Positions 43,492-56,171 are shown, counted from the whole stretch's first letter. The stretch: DNA of 63,356 nt, filler included, from 12 parts of 12 records of this genome joined end to end with filler, not necessarily neighbours in it, one strand, 5' to 3'. A program made the numbers and translations. Notes: generated by a model from the sequence alone, not told the origin.

Positions 43492-45406
43492 ATGGCCCCT
43501 CCGGCGCTGGCTCAGCAGCTCCCCGGTTGTCCCCGCTGTGCAGCTTTGGCCCCGGTGCTCCTGCTTACCATCGCCAGTGCCACCGCCGCTAAACTTTCTA
43601 CCTGGGAGTCGACCCACGAGCGTCTTCTTCGTACGTGTGGTTGAGATTTGCGTATGGTATTAGTAGAGCGACGGAGCTCAATTGATCCTCTTGAGCGTCT
43701 ACCAGCGATTGACTGCTGCTTGCTCAAAGTGGTTTGTGTTGGCTGGAGCAGGTACAGTGATCCACCCAGGCGCCGACGATGCGACCATCAGAGCTTGGGA
43801 TGCCACTGCAGCCAACCTTTCCATGCCACTTGATCACTTTGACGCCCTGTCGCCAAGCCGCTGGCAGATGCGGTACTGGGTAGACGACCAGCACTGGGAT
43901 GGAAGCGGATCCGCACCCGTGTTCCTGTGCATGGGCGGCGAAGGGGCCAGCGGGCCGCCGGGTGGTGCAGCGCTTGCTCTGACACAGGAATATCATGGCC
44001 TGGCGTTTTCGATAGAACACCGATACTACGGCCGGAGTATCCCGACCGACGACTTTAGCACGCCAAATCTTCGCTGGCTCGGGACTGAACAGGCTCTGGC
44101 AGATGCTGCACTCTTCGTTCGCCGAATGAACGAGCGCTACAACTTGACAAACTCACGGTGGATCAGCTTCGGAGGCAGCTACTCTGGCGAGCTCGCCGCT
44201 TGGATACGTCTCAAGTATCCTCACCTCATACACGGTACGTCCTGGCAGGTGTGGTTGCGAGCTCTGCGCATTCGTTACCTTACTTCCACCATGGTGCGTC
44301 CGGGCAGGTGCCGTCGCCAGTTCAGCGCCAGTTTCTGCGATGGTCGACTTCGATGGGTATGATCCGATCGTCGCCGACGCGCTCGCCTACCCGCTGGTCG
44401 GTGGCTCTCTAGAGTGCCGAGAGGCTGTCGCGTCTGCATTTGCTACACTGGAGCACAAGTTCGACCACGAACGATCACGACTGCAGCAAATCTTTAACAC
44501 TTGTGGAGAGGTAAAGACTGATGGCGACGTGTACCTTTTACACGATTACATCAGTGATGACTTCATGGGACTGGTGCAGTATAATAGCGATCGTCCCAGT
44601 CGGACAAACATCCGCTCACGCTGCGCGCAGATGCTCAATAGCAGCTTTGGAGCCACCACATTCGATCGCTTGGTTGCCATCACGCTCGAGCGAGTCGGCG
44701 AGGGGTGCATATTTGACCCGGACCCGTCGGGCGTGACCGACTCCATCACATTTGACGCGCACTTGCTGGGCTACAGCAATGCGTCAAATGGTGGGCGAAG
44801 CTTCCCGTGCGTCAACCTTTGCCGTTTCTTGTCTGGCTCCCCCCCTTTTGCATAGGAAACAAGCGGCGTCTTACCACCGTGCGACTGGACTGTTCGCTGT
44901 TGAAAATCAGGTATCAGATGTGTGTTGATGGTGCTGGGCACGACCAGACTTGCAAGGCTGACAAGGGATGCATCTTCTCGCCCAAGTACGCAGGGATTCT
45001 GCCTTTCCAGCGGCAGTGCCACGCAGCGTTTGGTGTGACACCACAACAGACCAATGCGGCAGTGGCGTTCAACTCTGCGAACTACGGAGATAACCGTCCC
45101 GGTACGTTCGGCTGGCGAAAAACACTGCCATCGAACAGCAAATTTACACCGGTGCTGTATCGGTCTGTGTGTCAACTAGGTGGCAGCCGGATTGTATTCG
45201 TCAACGGCGACATCGACCCTTTTCACTTCGGCAGCGTCACACATAATTCCACCTCGCTCTTGGCACAAGACATCACTGCGTACATTGTGGCGGGAGGATC
45301 CCACTGCGCTGACATGGGGCCACCGGACCCAGAGGTCGATTCACCATCGATGTTGTCAGTGAAGCTGTCCAAAGCTAGTGCCATTCGTCGGTGGCTCACC
45401 GAGTGA
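43492..45406 (+). CDS. Serine peptidase family S28 (PRCP/PRSS16-like), 5 exons
   Basis: Exons 43492..43630, 43752..44234, 44308..44806, 44911..45101, 45180..45406. Motifs LDHF, EHRYYG, QALAD, GGSYSG (Ser), YPHLIHGAVASSAP, NGDIDPF (Asp), SHCAD (His). Confidence 0.93.
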
Positions 45407-45490
45407 CTAAAGTGATGTGTGACAATGGCAGCAGTGCTAAAATGATACATAGACAATCTCTGAGTATTTAACCACCGGTGTGTTTGCTCG

Positions 45491-46877
45491 TCATAGCTTA
45501 GGATTGGTCACAAAAGTGCCGTTCCTACCCATGCTTCTGCACCCTTCGACTGCCACGGCCGCTGCCGCGGCGCCTGCGCCTGCAGCAACCTGTGGGAAAA
45601 GGTCGAACTTGCTCAGAAAACTTAGCGACCGACACATCCAGGTATGCGTATCGTCTAGTGTAGTCCCTGGTGGCAAACGCAGCTTGATGTGGCAGGACGT
45701 GTTGTTAGGGTCAGGCAAGAGTTGATGCAGCAAACTCAGAATTGTGTGAAAGTCGACAGAGCCGTCCCCGATCGGTTTGCCCCAGATCGTCGCCCGGTTC
45801 GACGCATTTGGGTAGAGTCGGACCTCTTTGAGAGCAACGTCTACCGCATACGGTAAAATGTTGCGAGCTGCATCAACTGGATCTTCCGCAGTAGGAAACG
45901 AGTTGGTGGTGTCAAAAGCCATCCGAAGCGCTGGGCTGTTCACGGCATGCATTACCTGCAAGAGATCTGTGCTGCGATAATCGAGGTGTGGCAGCAGTCC
46001 CAGGGTCAAGCCGCGCTCGAGAGCCGCTTTAGCGACGGGAGCCAGGTTGGTGGCCATTCGCTCAAGCTGCTCGGCAAGTGGAGGCTCCAACGTGAAGTGA
46101 TCGTGTCCTCCACCACTGCGCAAATGGTTGAAACCGTGCGCACCACACAAGGGATGGAGCGCTATCAACCCAATGCACAGACGTAATCAGCGGCACGAAC
46201 TGAGTGACACGCACTGAATCACGACTGTTTTGATGCCTGCTTTAGCAGCGTTGGCGAAGTCGTGCTCTGCAATCGAAGTGAGGCCTTCGAGTCCACCGTC
46301 TTTGACCTCCGGAGTTACTAGATCAATGTGATTCCAGACTGCAGCACCGTGCGAGGTCAGTTCAGTGTGGAAAGAGGTATGTGGGTGACAGGGGAACGAA
46401 TAGCTGACAATCCAGCGGATGTGACCTCACACGGTACTAGTTTCACGCCAGCCGCGGCCGCCTGTTTGGCTACTAGCTCAGGCTCATCCAGTGGCAGTCC
46501 ACCCCACCTGCACTGGCGCGAGATGCAGCCGATTAACTTTCCGGTTTGCGCGCAGAGGCACGTGGTCACTATCGCAACGACGCATACGCAGGGATCGGAA
46601 AGCATTAAGTCAGGTGCGTGTTTGCTACTGTATGGTTGCTGCGTGACATTCGGACTCCATGCAGTGAGGACTGAATCTTGTAGTAGTAGTTCAGACAGTG
46701 TGTTAGAAGTGTGAGCGCGTGAAAGCAGAATGCAGTGAGGACTATCCTAGAGCCGTACTGAAGTGACTGCAGTCCGTATTGCTGGCATCGCTGTAGCAGC
46801 CAGAGGATTTGCTCCGTCCCGCTGCCGGGGATGTGACCAGAATAGGTCGGGGATGCAATGCCGAGCGTCAGCGGCAT
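45491..46877 (-). CDS. Xylose-isomerase-like TIM barrel (AP_endonuc_2, sugar-phosphate isomerase/epimerase family), multi-exon; internal exon boundaries not fully resolved
   Basis: N-terminal MPLTLGIASPTY...LLQRCQQYGLQSLQ; core LLPHLDY...AFDTTNS...EDPV...VALKE...PIGDGSVDF. Confidence 0.7.
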
Positions 46878-47317
46878 CTTCGGATCCCAGTTGATGCCGT
46901 GCAGAGCTGTTTAGATGTTGGTTGGAGTCCCCACGCAATCCAGGTAGCGAGCACTGGCGCGACGGACAGAGCGCGCTTGTACCAACCTGGATTAGAACTA
47001 GGAATTCCTACTGTACTGTACGTATATCTACGGTACGTAGTAGGAATTCCTACTGCGTCTCCACGGTGCCGGTCCAGCAGTCAGTACGGTGCTGCTCTCC
47101 TCTGATGTCTTCCTGCGTGATCTGCCAGCAGCCCAGGCGCCGCGCGATCCGCAGTGCCCAGATTAGGATCAGAATCAGATTTGAATCCACGTTTTTTTTA
47201 TAGGGCTATACAACGAGATCACTAGGATCCTACCAGTACACAGAATGATCTCGGGGCGGTTTATCAAGAAATGTGCATTGGTTTTACTGGTGGGGCCGGA
47301 TATTGGTTGATTCGGGG

Positions 47318-47417
47318 NNNNNNNNNNNNNNNNNNNNNNNNNNNNNNNNNNNNNNNNNNNNTTAATTAATTAANNNNNNNNNNNNNNNNNNNNNNNNNNN
47401 NNNNNNNNNNNNNNNNN
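47318..47417. other. Artificial contig spacer
   Basis: N44-TTAATTAATTAA-N44. Confidence 0.99.
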
Positions 47418-48782
47418 TACCCTGAGCTCTCCAGATGGGCCCGACTGGCAAAGCATCGTCAGCAGGTGTTTCATCTGAACTGTCGGCTACATTTCCTGAG
47501 ACAAATCGAGGTAGAGGATCGCTGTGCGCGTCAGTTGCTCATGTCTGGGCTGCGACGTCGTGAGGTGGAAAAGGAATGTGATAGAGCTGAGCTGTGCGAG
47601 GAATACCATGCTAGGCTTGCTACGATCAACACCGAGTCTGGTTTGTTGGCCGAACGGCAACGACTACGACAACGCGCTGCCAAGAGCGAGCGGGAAGGTG
47701 TGAAGCAACTCCATCATTCCAAGTTTTTGCAGAACAAGCATGAAGATGCGTTGAAAGAAGCGGCCACCAAAGATCGGCAGGATGAGGCAGGGACGATGTG
47801 CCCAGTGTGTCTACAAGTGGTGGATGAGGGACTTTTGATGCAGTGCGGACATTTCTTCTGCTCTGGCTGCACGGACAAATTGCTGGCCGAGCCACGTGCA
47901 ACCTGTGGTATCTGCCGTGCCAAGATTTCAAAGCGATCACTGTTTCGCGTGTCAGGCAACGCTGCTACCAGCATAGATGCGACCGCTGGTGATCTAGAAG
48001 GAGACATAGGGAATATTCGTGTTCGCGGTGACTTCGGTACCAAGATCAATGCCCTCGTACGGTTTCTCAAGCACCAGGAGAAACAGCACCTGCGACATAC
48101 AGATGTGGATAACACCAGCTCAGGGAACAATGGCGCTGTTGGTGTGGAGACACCAGACGATCTTGCGACAGACGCGTTCACATTCGACGAAGCACATCCA
48201 CCAAAAGCGTTGGTGTACTCGCAGTGGGAGACGGAACTTATTTTGGTGTCGAAGGCTCTGGCGATGAATGAGATTGCGTTTGTTGAGCTCAAAGGTTCCA
48301 TGCAACAACGATCATGGAACCTGCATCGTTTCAACGTCGATCCAGATGTTCGAGTATTCCTGCTTGCGACTGGGGTGGCAAATGCTGGCCTGACATTGGT
48401 GAACGCGACGTCGGTCTTTATTTTAGAACCCTCTCTGAACCCTGCGATTGAAGAGCAGGCTATCAACAGGATACATCGGATTGGTCAAACGCGTCCAACA
48501 ACGGCGTATAGGTTTGTCGTAGCAGACTCAGTAGAGGAGACGATTCTTGACCTACATTCAGCCAAAAGAGGTAGCTTCGAGCTGAATCACAGCGCAGATA
48601 GTAGCAGCAAAGCTATGATGCAGGTATCTATAGATGGGCACCGCGAGGAAGAGGAGGCATCGGTCCGCCGATGGGATACTGAGGGAATTGAACGCAACGT
48701 ATTGTCTAGTCTGACGGACACGATTCTCTCTCCGCGCAGCAGCAGCAGCATCGAAGGCGCTGGTGCTAGAGGTGACGCCTGA
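47418..48782 (+). CDS. C-terminal part of an SHPRH/Rad5-like SNF2 helicase-RING E3 ligase (5'-partial)
   Basis: C3HC4 RING CPVC...CGHFFCSGC...CGICR; GTKINALV, KALVYSQW, GLTLVNATSVFILEPSLNPAIEEQAINRIHRIGQ. Frame is open from the contig start. Confidence 0.9.
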   Translation, partial: YPELSRWARLAKHRQQVFHLNCRLHFLRQIEVEDRCARQLLMSGLRRREVEKECDRAELCEEYHARLATINTESGLLAERQRLRQRAAKSEREGVKQLHHSKFLQNKHEDALKEAATKDRQDEAGTMCPVCLQVVDEGLLMQCGHFFCSGCTDKLLAEPRATCGICRAKISKRSLFRVSGNAATSIDATAGDLEGDIGNIRVRGDFGTKINALVRFLKHQEKQHLRHTDVDNTSSGNNGAVGVETPDDLATDAFTFDEAHPPKALVYSQWETELILVSKALAMNEIAFVELKGSMQQRSWNLHRFNVDPDVRVFLLATGVANAGLTLVNATSVFILEPSLNPAIEEQAINRIHRIGQTRPTTAYRFVVADSVEETILDLHSAKRGSFELNHSADSSSKAMMQVSIDGHREEEEASVRRWDTEGIERNVLSSLTDTILSPRSSSSIEGAGARGDA

Positions 48783-49695
48783 CCGACAACAATCAAGCCT
48801 TCACTTGCCATCATGTCCTGGGTGCCATCCTGGGTGTTGCCATCCGCGCTGTCGCCTCAGTTGGCTGTGCTCTTACTGTCTGGTAGTTGGTTGTGTGTTC
48901 CTTACCGGGGCGCCTCCGTCCATGCGTGCTCTCTGCTCCGTCTCATCGGCCTCTACAGGTGGGCCGGTGAGAGCCGCTACGCAGGGGGGCCGAACGCACT
49001 GCCGACGGACTTGGAGTGATCGCTGCGCGCGCGCGGGCCGGCGCTAACGCGCTGCTGCCGCGCGCCGGCGGCCGGACGGAAATGCTGGGCGACCATTGCC
49101 GGAACAGCGACGCACCTTTCAAGTTGCCGACGCCGGGTGCATGTAGGATTCCTACCCGAATAATGCATGTATTCATACAAGCCTCAAGCGGCCGGAACGC
49201 ATGCATGGCAGCGCCTTAGGAACTACGGCTGCATTGTACAGTAGTCTACGATGCACCAGGTACATGTATGAATGCATGTACTCTTCTCTGAGTACCGGTA
49301 CATGCGTTGACTTTGAGATCGCGAGTACTCGCTACTATCTTTAAGGTAGCGTGGTAACCTAATGCAAGTAGCAACATGGTAGCCGGGTAGCGCATTCAAA
49401 TACGCACCGGTAGCGAGGACTTTGCAAGGCCACAAGCTTTGAGGATGGGGCGAGGTGGACGCAGGGCAGGAACCGTCGGAGGAAAAGGGCTGGCAAGACA
49501 TACCTGGTAGGTAACTTCCCGCTCGTTTGTTCGGTCTTAGAATGTAGGCATGTGGCACAGGAAGGGGGTAAAGCAGGGGTCATATGAAGTTACTGTTCTC
49601 AGAGAATTGTGTGTCATGAGCTACTGTGTCACCAGCTACTGTGTCACCACGGGCTTCCGGAACCTAATGGTGCAAAGCGAAACTCGAGTGTATTT

Positions 49696-50946
49696 TCAAG
49701 ATGCTTTCGCCGTAGTGTTGCGGTGCCGCGGAGCCTCTTGCTGCTGCTGTTGCTGATGCTGCAAAAACCACGCAAATGCATCTTCTAAAAGGTTGTCTTG
49801 CATCCAGTTGCCATGCTGTCCGTCGAACTCGCAGGATATGACAGTCTTGCCAGTGCTACACCCAGCCCACTCGACACACTCAACCCGCCTGCGTAGCGCT
49901 GTGCCATCGGTGCCACCGGCACCGGGAGTTGCGATTGGGTTTGCAGCCTGCGTGCAGTTGTGGAGATCAATCCACTGCGCGAGGGTACGATTTAAGGTGT
50001 CGTACGCCCAACCTTGCGAACTCAGAGTGCCGTCGGTCGGTATCACATTATCCCACCGATCGTGCCAATGCATAATGGATGTGTCCTGGAGGTACGGCGA
50101 CAATGCCCCTCTGTCGTCCGCAATGCCTTTCAGTGGGAGGCCGTAGATCGGCATGATGCCTGCGAATGTACCCGGGAGCTTGCGAACGAGGTGGTATACC
50201 ATCATCCCTCCATTGCTTTCTCCCGATATATAGATTTGATCCATGTCGAGGCAAACCTCTCGTTGCAGGACTGCTAGGAGCTGCTGTACGAAGTCGACAT
50301 CCTCGAAACACGTCGTCCACCCGCAGCGAGCACCCTCGCCGTCTGCGGTGCAGTGGCCGAGGGCTTGACAGCTCTGGTAGCAGCAGCTGCAATGGCAGCC
50401 AAATTCACTCCAGGCTAGCCGCGTGCACATCGAACCAGTGCCTCCTGGAAAACTATCTCCGCCGACATTCCAGCCGCTGGTGCAGTTGCCGTCCTCGTCG
50501 CCAACTCCTTGGAGAAATACTGAGGCGAAGCCGTTGACATTCCCCACGCCAACAAAGTTTGTGATTGTGGTAGCGGCATCCGTCGCAGTTGCTCCTTGGC
50601 CATGAAAGTAGAGGAGCAGTGGAACCGGCTTGCGTGGCTCCGTGTTGCTCGGGCAGACGCCGCTCGGCGGGCACGGCGACGCTGGGACGCCAGGGCAGAG
50701 CTGTGGCGGTTGCGCTCCGGGATTGCATGCGGGCCCGGGAGACGGACCGGGTGGGAGGTTGAGAACATAGCTGCGGCTCATCGTCAGATTGTGGCGATCC
50801 GTGACACTGAGCTGGAAGGGTGTCAGCCCGCCGGCGCTGGCGTTGAGGCCGCTGGCGTTCTGCCTGCACCCACCGCTGGGCCGCAGTGCCGCGGCAGGCT
50901 TCGGCAGCACCACCAGCAGCTGGAGCAGCACGGCACAGGGACGCAT
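49696..50946 (-). CDS. Secreted alpha/beta-hydrolase, PHB-depolymerase/LpqC/feruloyl-esterase-like, with Cys-rich inserts
   Basis: Signal peptide; PLLLYFHG, WNVG, EDVDFV, nucleophile GESNGG, HDRWDNVIP (Asp), GQH (His). Confidence 0.85.
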   Translation of the reverse strand: MRPCAVLLQLLVVLPKPAAALRPSGGCRQNASGLNASAGGLTPFQLSVTDRHNLTMSRSYVLNLPPGPSPGPACNPGAQPPQLCPGVPASPCPPSGVCPSNTEPRKPVPLLLYFHGQGATATDAATTITNFVGVGNVNGFASVFLQGVGDEDGNCTSGWNVGGDSFPGGTGSMCTRLAWSEFGCHCSCCYQSCQALGHCTADGEGARCGWTTCFEDVDFVQQLLAVLQREVCLDMDQIYISGESNGGMMVYHLVRKLPGTFAGIMPIYGLPLKGIADDRGALSPYLQDTSIMHWHDRWDNVIPTDGTLSSQGWAYDTLNRTLAQWIDLHNCTQAANPIATPGAGGTDGTALRRRVECVEWAGCSTGKTVISCEFDGQHGNWMQDNLLEDAFAWFLQHQQQQQQEAPRHRNTTAKAS

Positions 50947-51244
50947 CGCCGTCTCCGGCGGCGCTGCGGTCGTGGGTGGACCGGTCTCTCTTCGGGCGGG
51001 GGTGTTCGGACTACCTCCACGCCCGCGAGATCGATGTGATCGTCATCGACATCTCCATCCCCGCCTCGCGATAGGAATACATGCCGGCCGCCCGTGCCGC
51101 CCGGAGGGCCACCTCGCTCGCCGGCTGGGCCTCCACCCTGTGCCCAACGAGCGTTCCCTATAGCTTCCTTTTACTCCTGCTGACCGACTCTTCGGACTTC
51201 AACTTGCTGCGTAAATGCTGTGATGACACAACAACAACAAAACG

Positions 51245-51344
51245 NNNNNNNNNNNNNNNNNNNNNNNNNNNNNNNNNNNNNNNNNNNNTTAATTAATTAA
51301 NNNNNNNNNNNNNNNNNNNNNNNNNNNNNNNNNNNNNNNNNNNN
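51245..51344. other. Artificial contig spacer
   Basis: N44-TTAATTAATTAA-N44. Confidence 0.99.
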
Positions 51345-51612
51345 TGCGAGCGTGGGATTGGATGTTTTGGGTACTATAGTACCGAGTTCAACTTAATGTT
51401 ACCATATGATACCGGGGGCACCCCAGTCCCCACGCGCTTTAGCGTAGGTGTGCGCGCGGGGCTCCGGCGCCGCGCGGCGCGGGCCAGGCCGGCGCGCTGA
51501 CTGCGCGCGCGCGTGCGCCCCACGTGGTGTTCGCGCGCGGGGGCGAGGCTCACCAGCTGTCAACCTGTGTCACAGGCCTGGGCACGCGTCAATAGCTGGC
51601 GGGGTGGGATCT

Positions 51613-53559
51613 ATGGAGGCCAGTGAGAGAGCACCAGCAGCCGGGAGGGGTGATGCGAGGCCGGCCGGTGTGAGCGCACATGAGGGCGTGCGATCGGTCT
51701 TCTACTACAACACGCAGGTGGAGACCGGTCAGACCATGGAGCTGAACATCTTCGAGTCACGGTACCGCATCATGGTGAAGCGAGTGATGGAGGAGCCATC
51801 GCGGAACCGCGAGCTGATCTTCCTCCCGAACTTTGGGGATTACGTCGCGGCTAGTGGAGACATTGGGATGCTGGCTCGAGTGGAACGTCACTTCGCGCTC
51901 CCTTCCGACTCTTTCGGCGACCCAGACGGCGAGCTTCCCCGGGCTGAGATCCGGCTGAAGCTGCAAGAGCGCGTGATGGTCCTGTGGCACTGGGTGGAGC
52001 CCAACACAAAAGGCTTGCACGAGTGCACCTTTCAGCGGTTGCCACTGATGCCCTCACCACGACTGTTGGAGCCTCTGCGTGATGCCATGCATGTATCTGC
52101 TGTCTCGCGATACACTGTTCGGACGCAGCAAGGCTTCCTCAACATCCACTCGAGCCCAGACTCGCCGCACAACCTTGAGAACGTGGTCGGACAGCTGTAC
52201 GAACAGGAACAAGTTGTGGCACTGGAACACCGGCCAGGCTGGGTGCGCCACGAGCGTGGGTGGAGCGTTTCCCGGGTGCGATTCGACAACTGGTTGTGGC
52301 TGGTTCCCGAGGAGCCACAGCCGCTCACGCCAGACGCCCTGTTGATGGAGTCGAGCCAGAACACAAACTACTCTCATCTAGTGATGCATGCGCCATCAGA
52401 TGAAGCCAGCCTGAGAGCTCGACAGGTCTACGAGCGGATATCTGCTGGGAGCGGAGCACACGTGTTGGCGATGCAAGTGCCACCTGTAACTGAGACCGTG
52501 TCTGTCTCGTCGGTACTTGAGAGGCTGGTCGCCGTTCACTTTCGGGATTCCTTGCCACCCCTGCTGGATGGTAGTGGATCTGCAAGCAGCCTAGAGCAGC
52601 TGAGCACAGCACAACTCCGCACAAGGCTCGAAGCATACGGTGTGAGCCCATCGTTATTGGGTCAAAGTAAGACGTCGGACGACCTGCTCTCCATCGCGAA
52701 CGCTCTTCTGGAGGACGAAGGGCAGCCATGGAGCCGGGCAGCTGCTGCAGCTGATGTGGCCGCACAACTGCTTCTCGGTGTAGAAGTGTTAGTGGCGTGT
52801 GGTGCGCCGTGCGGGCTCTGTATTAGCCGGGTCGATTTCGCACGCGTCGATGATCAGGCAGCGGACCAGCCTTTGCCACACAAACGATTGGTAGCAAACG
52901 ATCCAGACTGCGGTAAGTTAGGAGCGCAGTGGTCACCGTGCCAGGTCGTTCCATGTTCTGTCTTCTGAGCTCGTTCCTGTATGGCCCTGTATTACTCTTG
53001 CAGATTGGGGGTCTACAACAACCTTCGATCATTTCAATCTCACTTGGCTTTCTCAGTACATGACGTCCCAGTATGACTACGAGCATCAGATGTTGCAGCA
53101 GTGTCCGTATCCCGACGATGATGTTCCGGCAGACTCAGTGCGTCCGCATGTGTCCGTCGTTGCATCAGAATGCTGCCTGGAATCTGAGAGAAGTTGCTGG
53201 ATCCAATAGGTCATTGCCCACGCGGCTTCAATCCACCTCTCGGCAAAGTCTGATCCGCAGAGTCACGCCGTTCTCCCGCCAAACTATGCACTGATCGGGC
53301 GCAGAGCAGCAGACGCGATAGTGGACAAGTTGACGAAGCGTCTCAACTGGTGCAGGTCAGTGTTTAGCTGAAGATTAGTTTTCTGCTGCAGTTCAGTACC
53401 ATCTTGCCTTACTCACAACCTACTTCGGCTGCTTTGCGTTGGTGTGTGGGCAGGTTTCGGGTATGTTTCATCGGCCAGCGTGAGGCTGGCTGCGTGCTGG
53501 CTCTGCTGGATCCGGAGGCGATGCGGTCGGTTCTCTCACGCGTGCTGCTGGAGGATTGA
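51613..53559 (+). CDS. Lon-N (LON_substr_bdg/PUA-like) plus SH3b-like plus SAP-like protein, multi-exon
   Basis: LNIFESRYRIMVKRVM is the Lon-N signature; FLNIHSSP...VVGQL...GWVRHERGWS is SH3b-like; LEQLSTAQLRTRLEAYG is SAP-like. A GTAAGT donor near 52912 leads to further in-frame exons ending at TGA 53559 (tentative model). Confidence 0.6.
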
Positions 53560-53841
53560 CATGAGCCATGGGAAAGAAGAAAGCACCGTGGCCAAGCTTG
53601 ACCAGCCCTGGTGCCCTTTTGCCTGCTGTGGCTCTCGATCGGCCTGTGTGTAGAGTTTCGTCAGGTTGGGCCTTAAGCACACTCGCTGGCTCACAGCGCT
53701 TCATTATGCGCATTTCACAGCAGTATTCAGATGCGACAAATACGGTGTTCTGAACGATGAAATTCAGATTGCGTGTCATCTGCATTTATTGCTTTGCTCC
53801 GTCAAGCAGCATCTCAAAATGCAGTCGCTCGTGTCGTGCCC

Positions 53842-55609
53842 CTACCCACCAATGCGGATCATGCTGCGGTTGTCAGACTTCGCGATTCCATACATGGATC
53901 CATGTCCCCCGAGCGCAGGCTTTTTCTTCCGGACTGTGGCCTCTATCAAGTCATAGATGTCTGAAGCTGGAGCATCCTGTGATCATGTATGGCAGCACGC
54001 GCGCGTGGGCATACACGCCAGCGTGATCTCAAGTCAGAACTAACTGCATGCGACCCGCAGGATTGCCGACTCTGCCTCTTAATCTGAATCTATATCCTAG
54101 TCTAAAGAAAGAGGCCGTACCGAGCGGAAGATATCCCGCAAGCTAACCTCCTTGTTGTCGAAAAGGCAAACCTTTAGGTTGCCATCCGCGGTAATCCGAA
54201 GCCGGTTGCATGTCCCACAGAAGTTCTCGGTCATGGACGTGATGAACCCGACCCGGCCCTCGTAGCTGTTCGAAGAGTCAGATCGAGAGACCATGAAGAC
54301 ACCCACATGCACGGCAATAAGCACACCAACAAAACCAAAATGGATGGGAAAGATGCTGAGTGAAAGGAAGCTCGGAAGAAAGTGTGGAGGAGTGAAGCGG
54401 GACCGGTTAGTGAGCAGGGAGACTCACCCTGGGACCTGCCAGTGTTTCGCCGTATCGTTCGGTCCATCCTGGTGGCGCGAAAAGCTCGGGTGTGTGTCCG
54501 CTATATTCTCGAGCATGCTCGCGTATGAGTAGAACTTCTTGTCGTCCCACTTGTTCCCTCCGAAAGGCATCCACTCGATGAAACGCACGTCCACGGGCAT
54601 AGACTCCGTCCTGCATGAGTCAGGGCCAGCGTATCTCGTCATATGATCAAATTAGAGACTCAAAATTCCACATGTGAGTGAAACTGCGGCGATGTAAGCA
54701 CCCAGTGGATGTGCATAGATGCAATACTGCTGCGCACCAGCTGACAAAATCTGAGAGCTCATCTTCGTTGAAGCCGTTCATCACACACACGTTCACCTTG
54801 ATGGTCTCCGTACCCGCGTGGTGGTAGCCAGCTTCAACCGCTGCCTCAATCGCACTAACTACACGTGAGAAGCCCTTGCGCCGCGTGATGAACTCGAACT
54901 TCTCTGGTACAAGTGTGTCGAGGCTGACGTTCAGCTGATTGACTCCCGCCGCCTGCAGCGCTGGGAGTTTCTTCTCCAGCACCAGTCCATTCGTTGTAAT
55001 CCCAAGGTCTTTCAAACCAGGCAACGCGCCGATGCGTTGGCAAATATCGACAATATCCGGGTGGACGAGTGGCTCGCCGCCTGTCAAACGAATCTTCGTG
55101 ATGCCAGCAGCCACGAACATCTCCGCGAGCCGCACCACCTCGTCCGTGGACAAAATATTGTCCTTGGGCTGCAGTGGCACGCCCTCGGCAGGCATGCAGT
55201 ACGTGCAGCGCAGGCTGCACTTCTCAGTGAGTGAGATTCGCAGATATGTGTGTTCACGGCCCAGCGTGTCTGTAAGCACGTTGGAGCCGATCGTGCTCGG
55301 GGGTACAAAGTCACCCAGTCGAGCCGGTGCCTCAGCAGCAGCATCCTCGTGCAGCCGCAGCCGCAACTCGTCCAGGCGCGAGACCTTCGCCGGTCGCGGC
55401 ACAGTGGAGAAGTCGGCGGCCAGACTGCCATGCAGACCGCGGCACGCCCGCAGTGCACTCCCACGAAGCAGAACCCCACCCGCTCCCGCCGCGCCGCAGC
55501 GGTGCACCTGCAGACGTCGAGAGGCGGGCTGCCGGAGCGGCGCAGCCACCGCGCCAGCCACCGCCCTCCGCCTCAACATCCGCTTCACAGCTTCACGCAC
55601 GGGCGGCAT
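53842..55609 (-). CDS. MOCS1: GTP 3',8-cyclase (MoaA/MOCS1A/CNX2), radical SAM, with a transit-peptide-like N-terminus; 4 exons
   Basis: [60 protein letters not shown]; last exon ends NRSMIRIGG-stop at 53842. Confidence 0.96.
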
Positions 55610-56171
55610 CGCACGCACCCCCCGGTCCGGTGTACCGCACTGCGCCTTCCGGTGCGTGCTGCACTGCGCTGGCCTTGCCACTGCTCGCCGCCACCGCCGT
55701 CCAGGGGGCCACGCCGCCGTCAATCCTAGGTTCTGCGCAGTGCTCCGTCTGTGACCCGCCCGGCCTGGCGCCCCCACCGGCGGCTGTGTACACAGTATTA
55801 TACATGTAATAACAACGAAAACACGAATGTTCAATGTTCAATGTTGTTTCGAACATGTCTCGAGTAGGATCCTCTAGCTACTGTACTACTATTCATAGTA
55901 GGTGATATAAGCGGATATACACATACGGAACTCCAACTGCCGAGGGGTCACGATGAAGATGATGAGGTACCGAGTACTGTACTAGCGGTGGTCTCTATAA
56001 TACGTAGAGTCGGTAGCTAGCTCACTGCTGAGATCATGAACACATCATGCACCAAACATCAGCAAAGAACTTCGAATTCGTTGAAATTTCCAATCTGAGA
56101 ATCTCAGCCGCCAGCGTCAAGCCCGCGCGCGCGTCATAGGACAGTGCGGATTCCTACGTAGAACGATGGTA

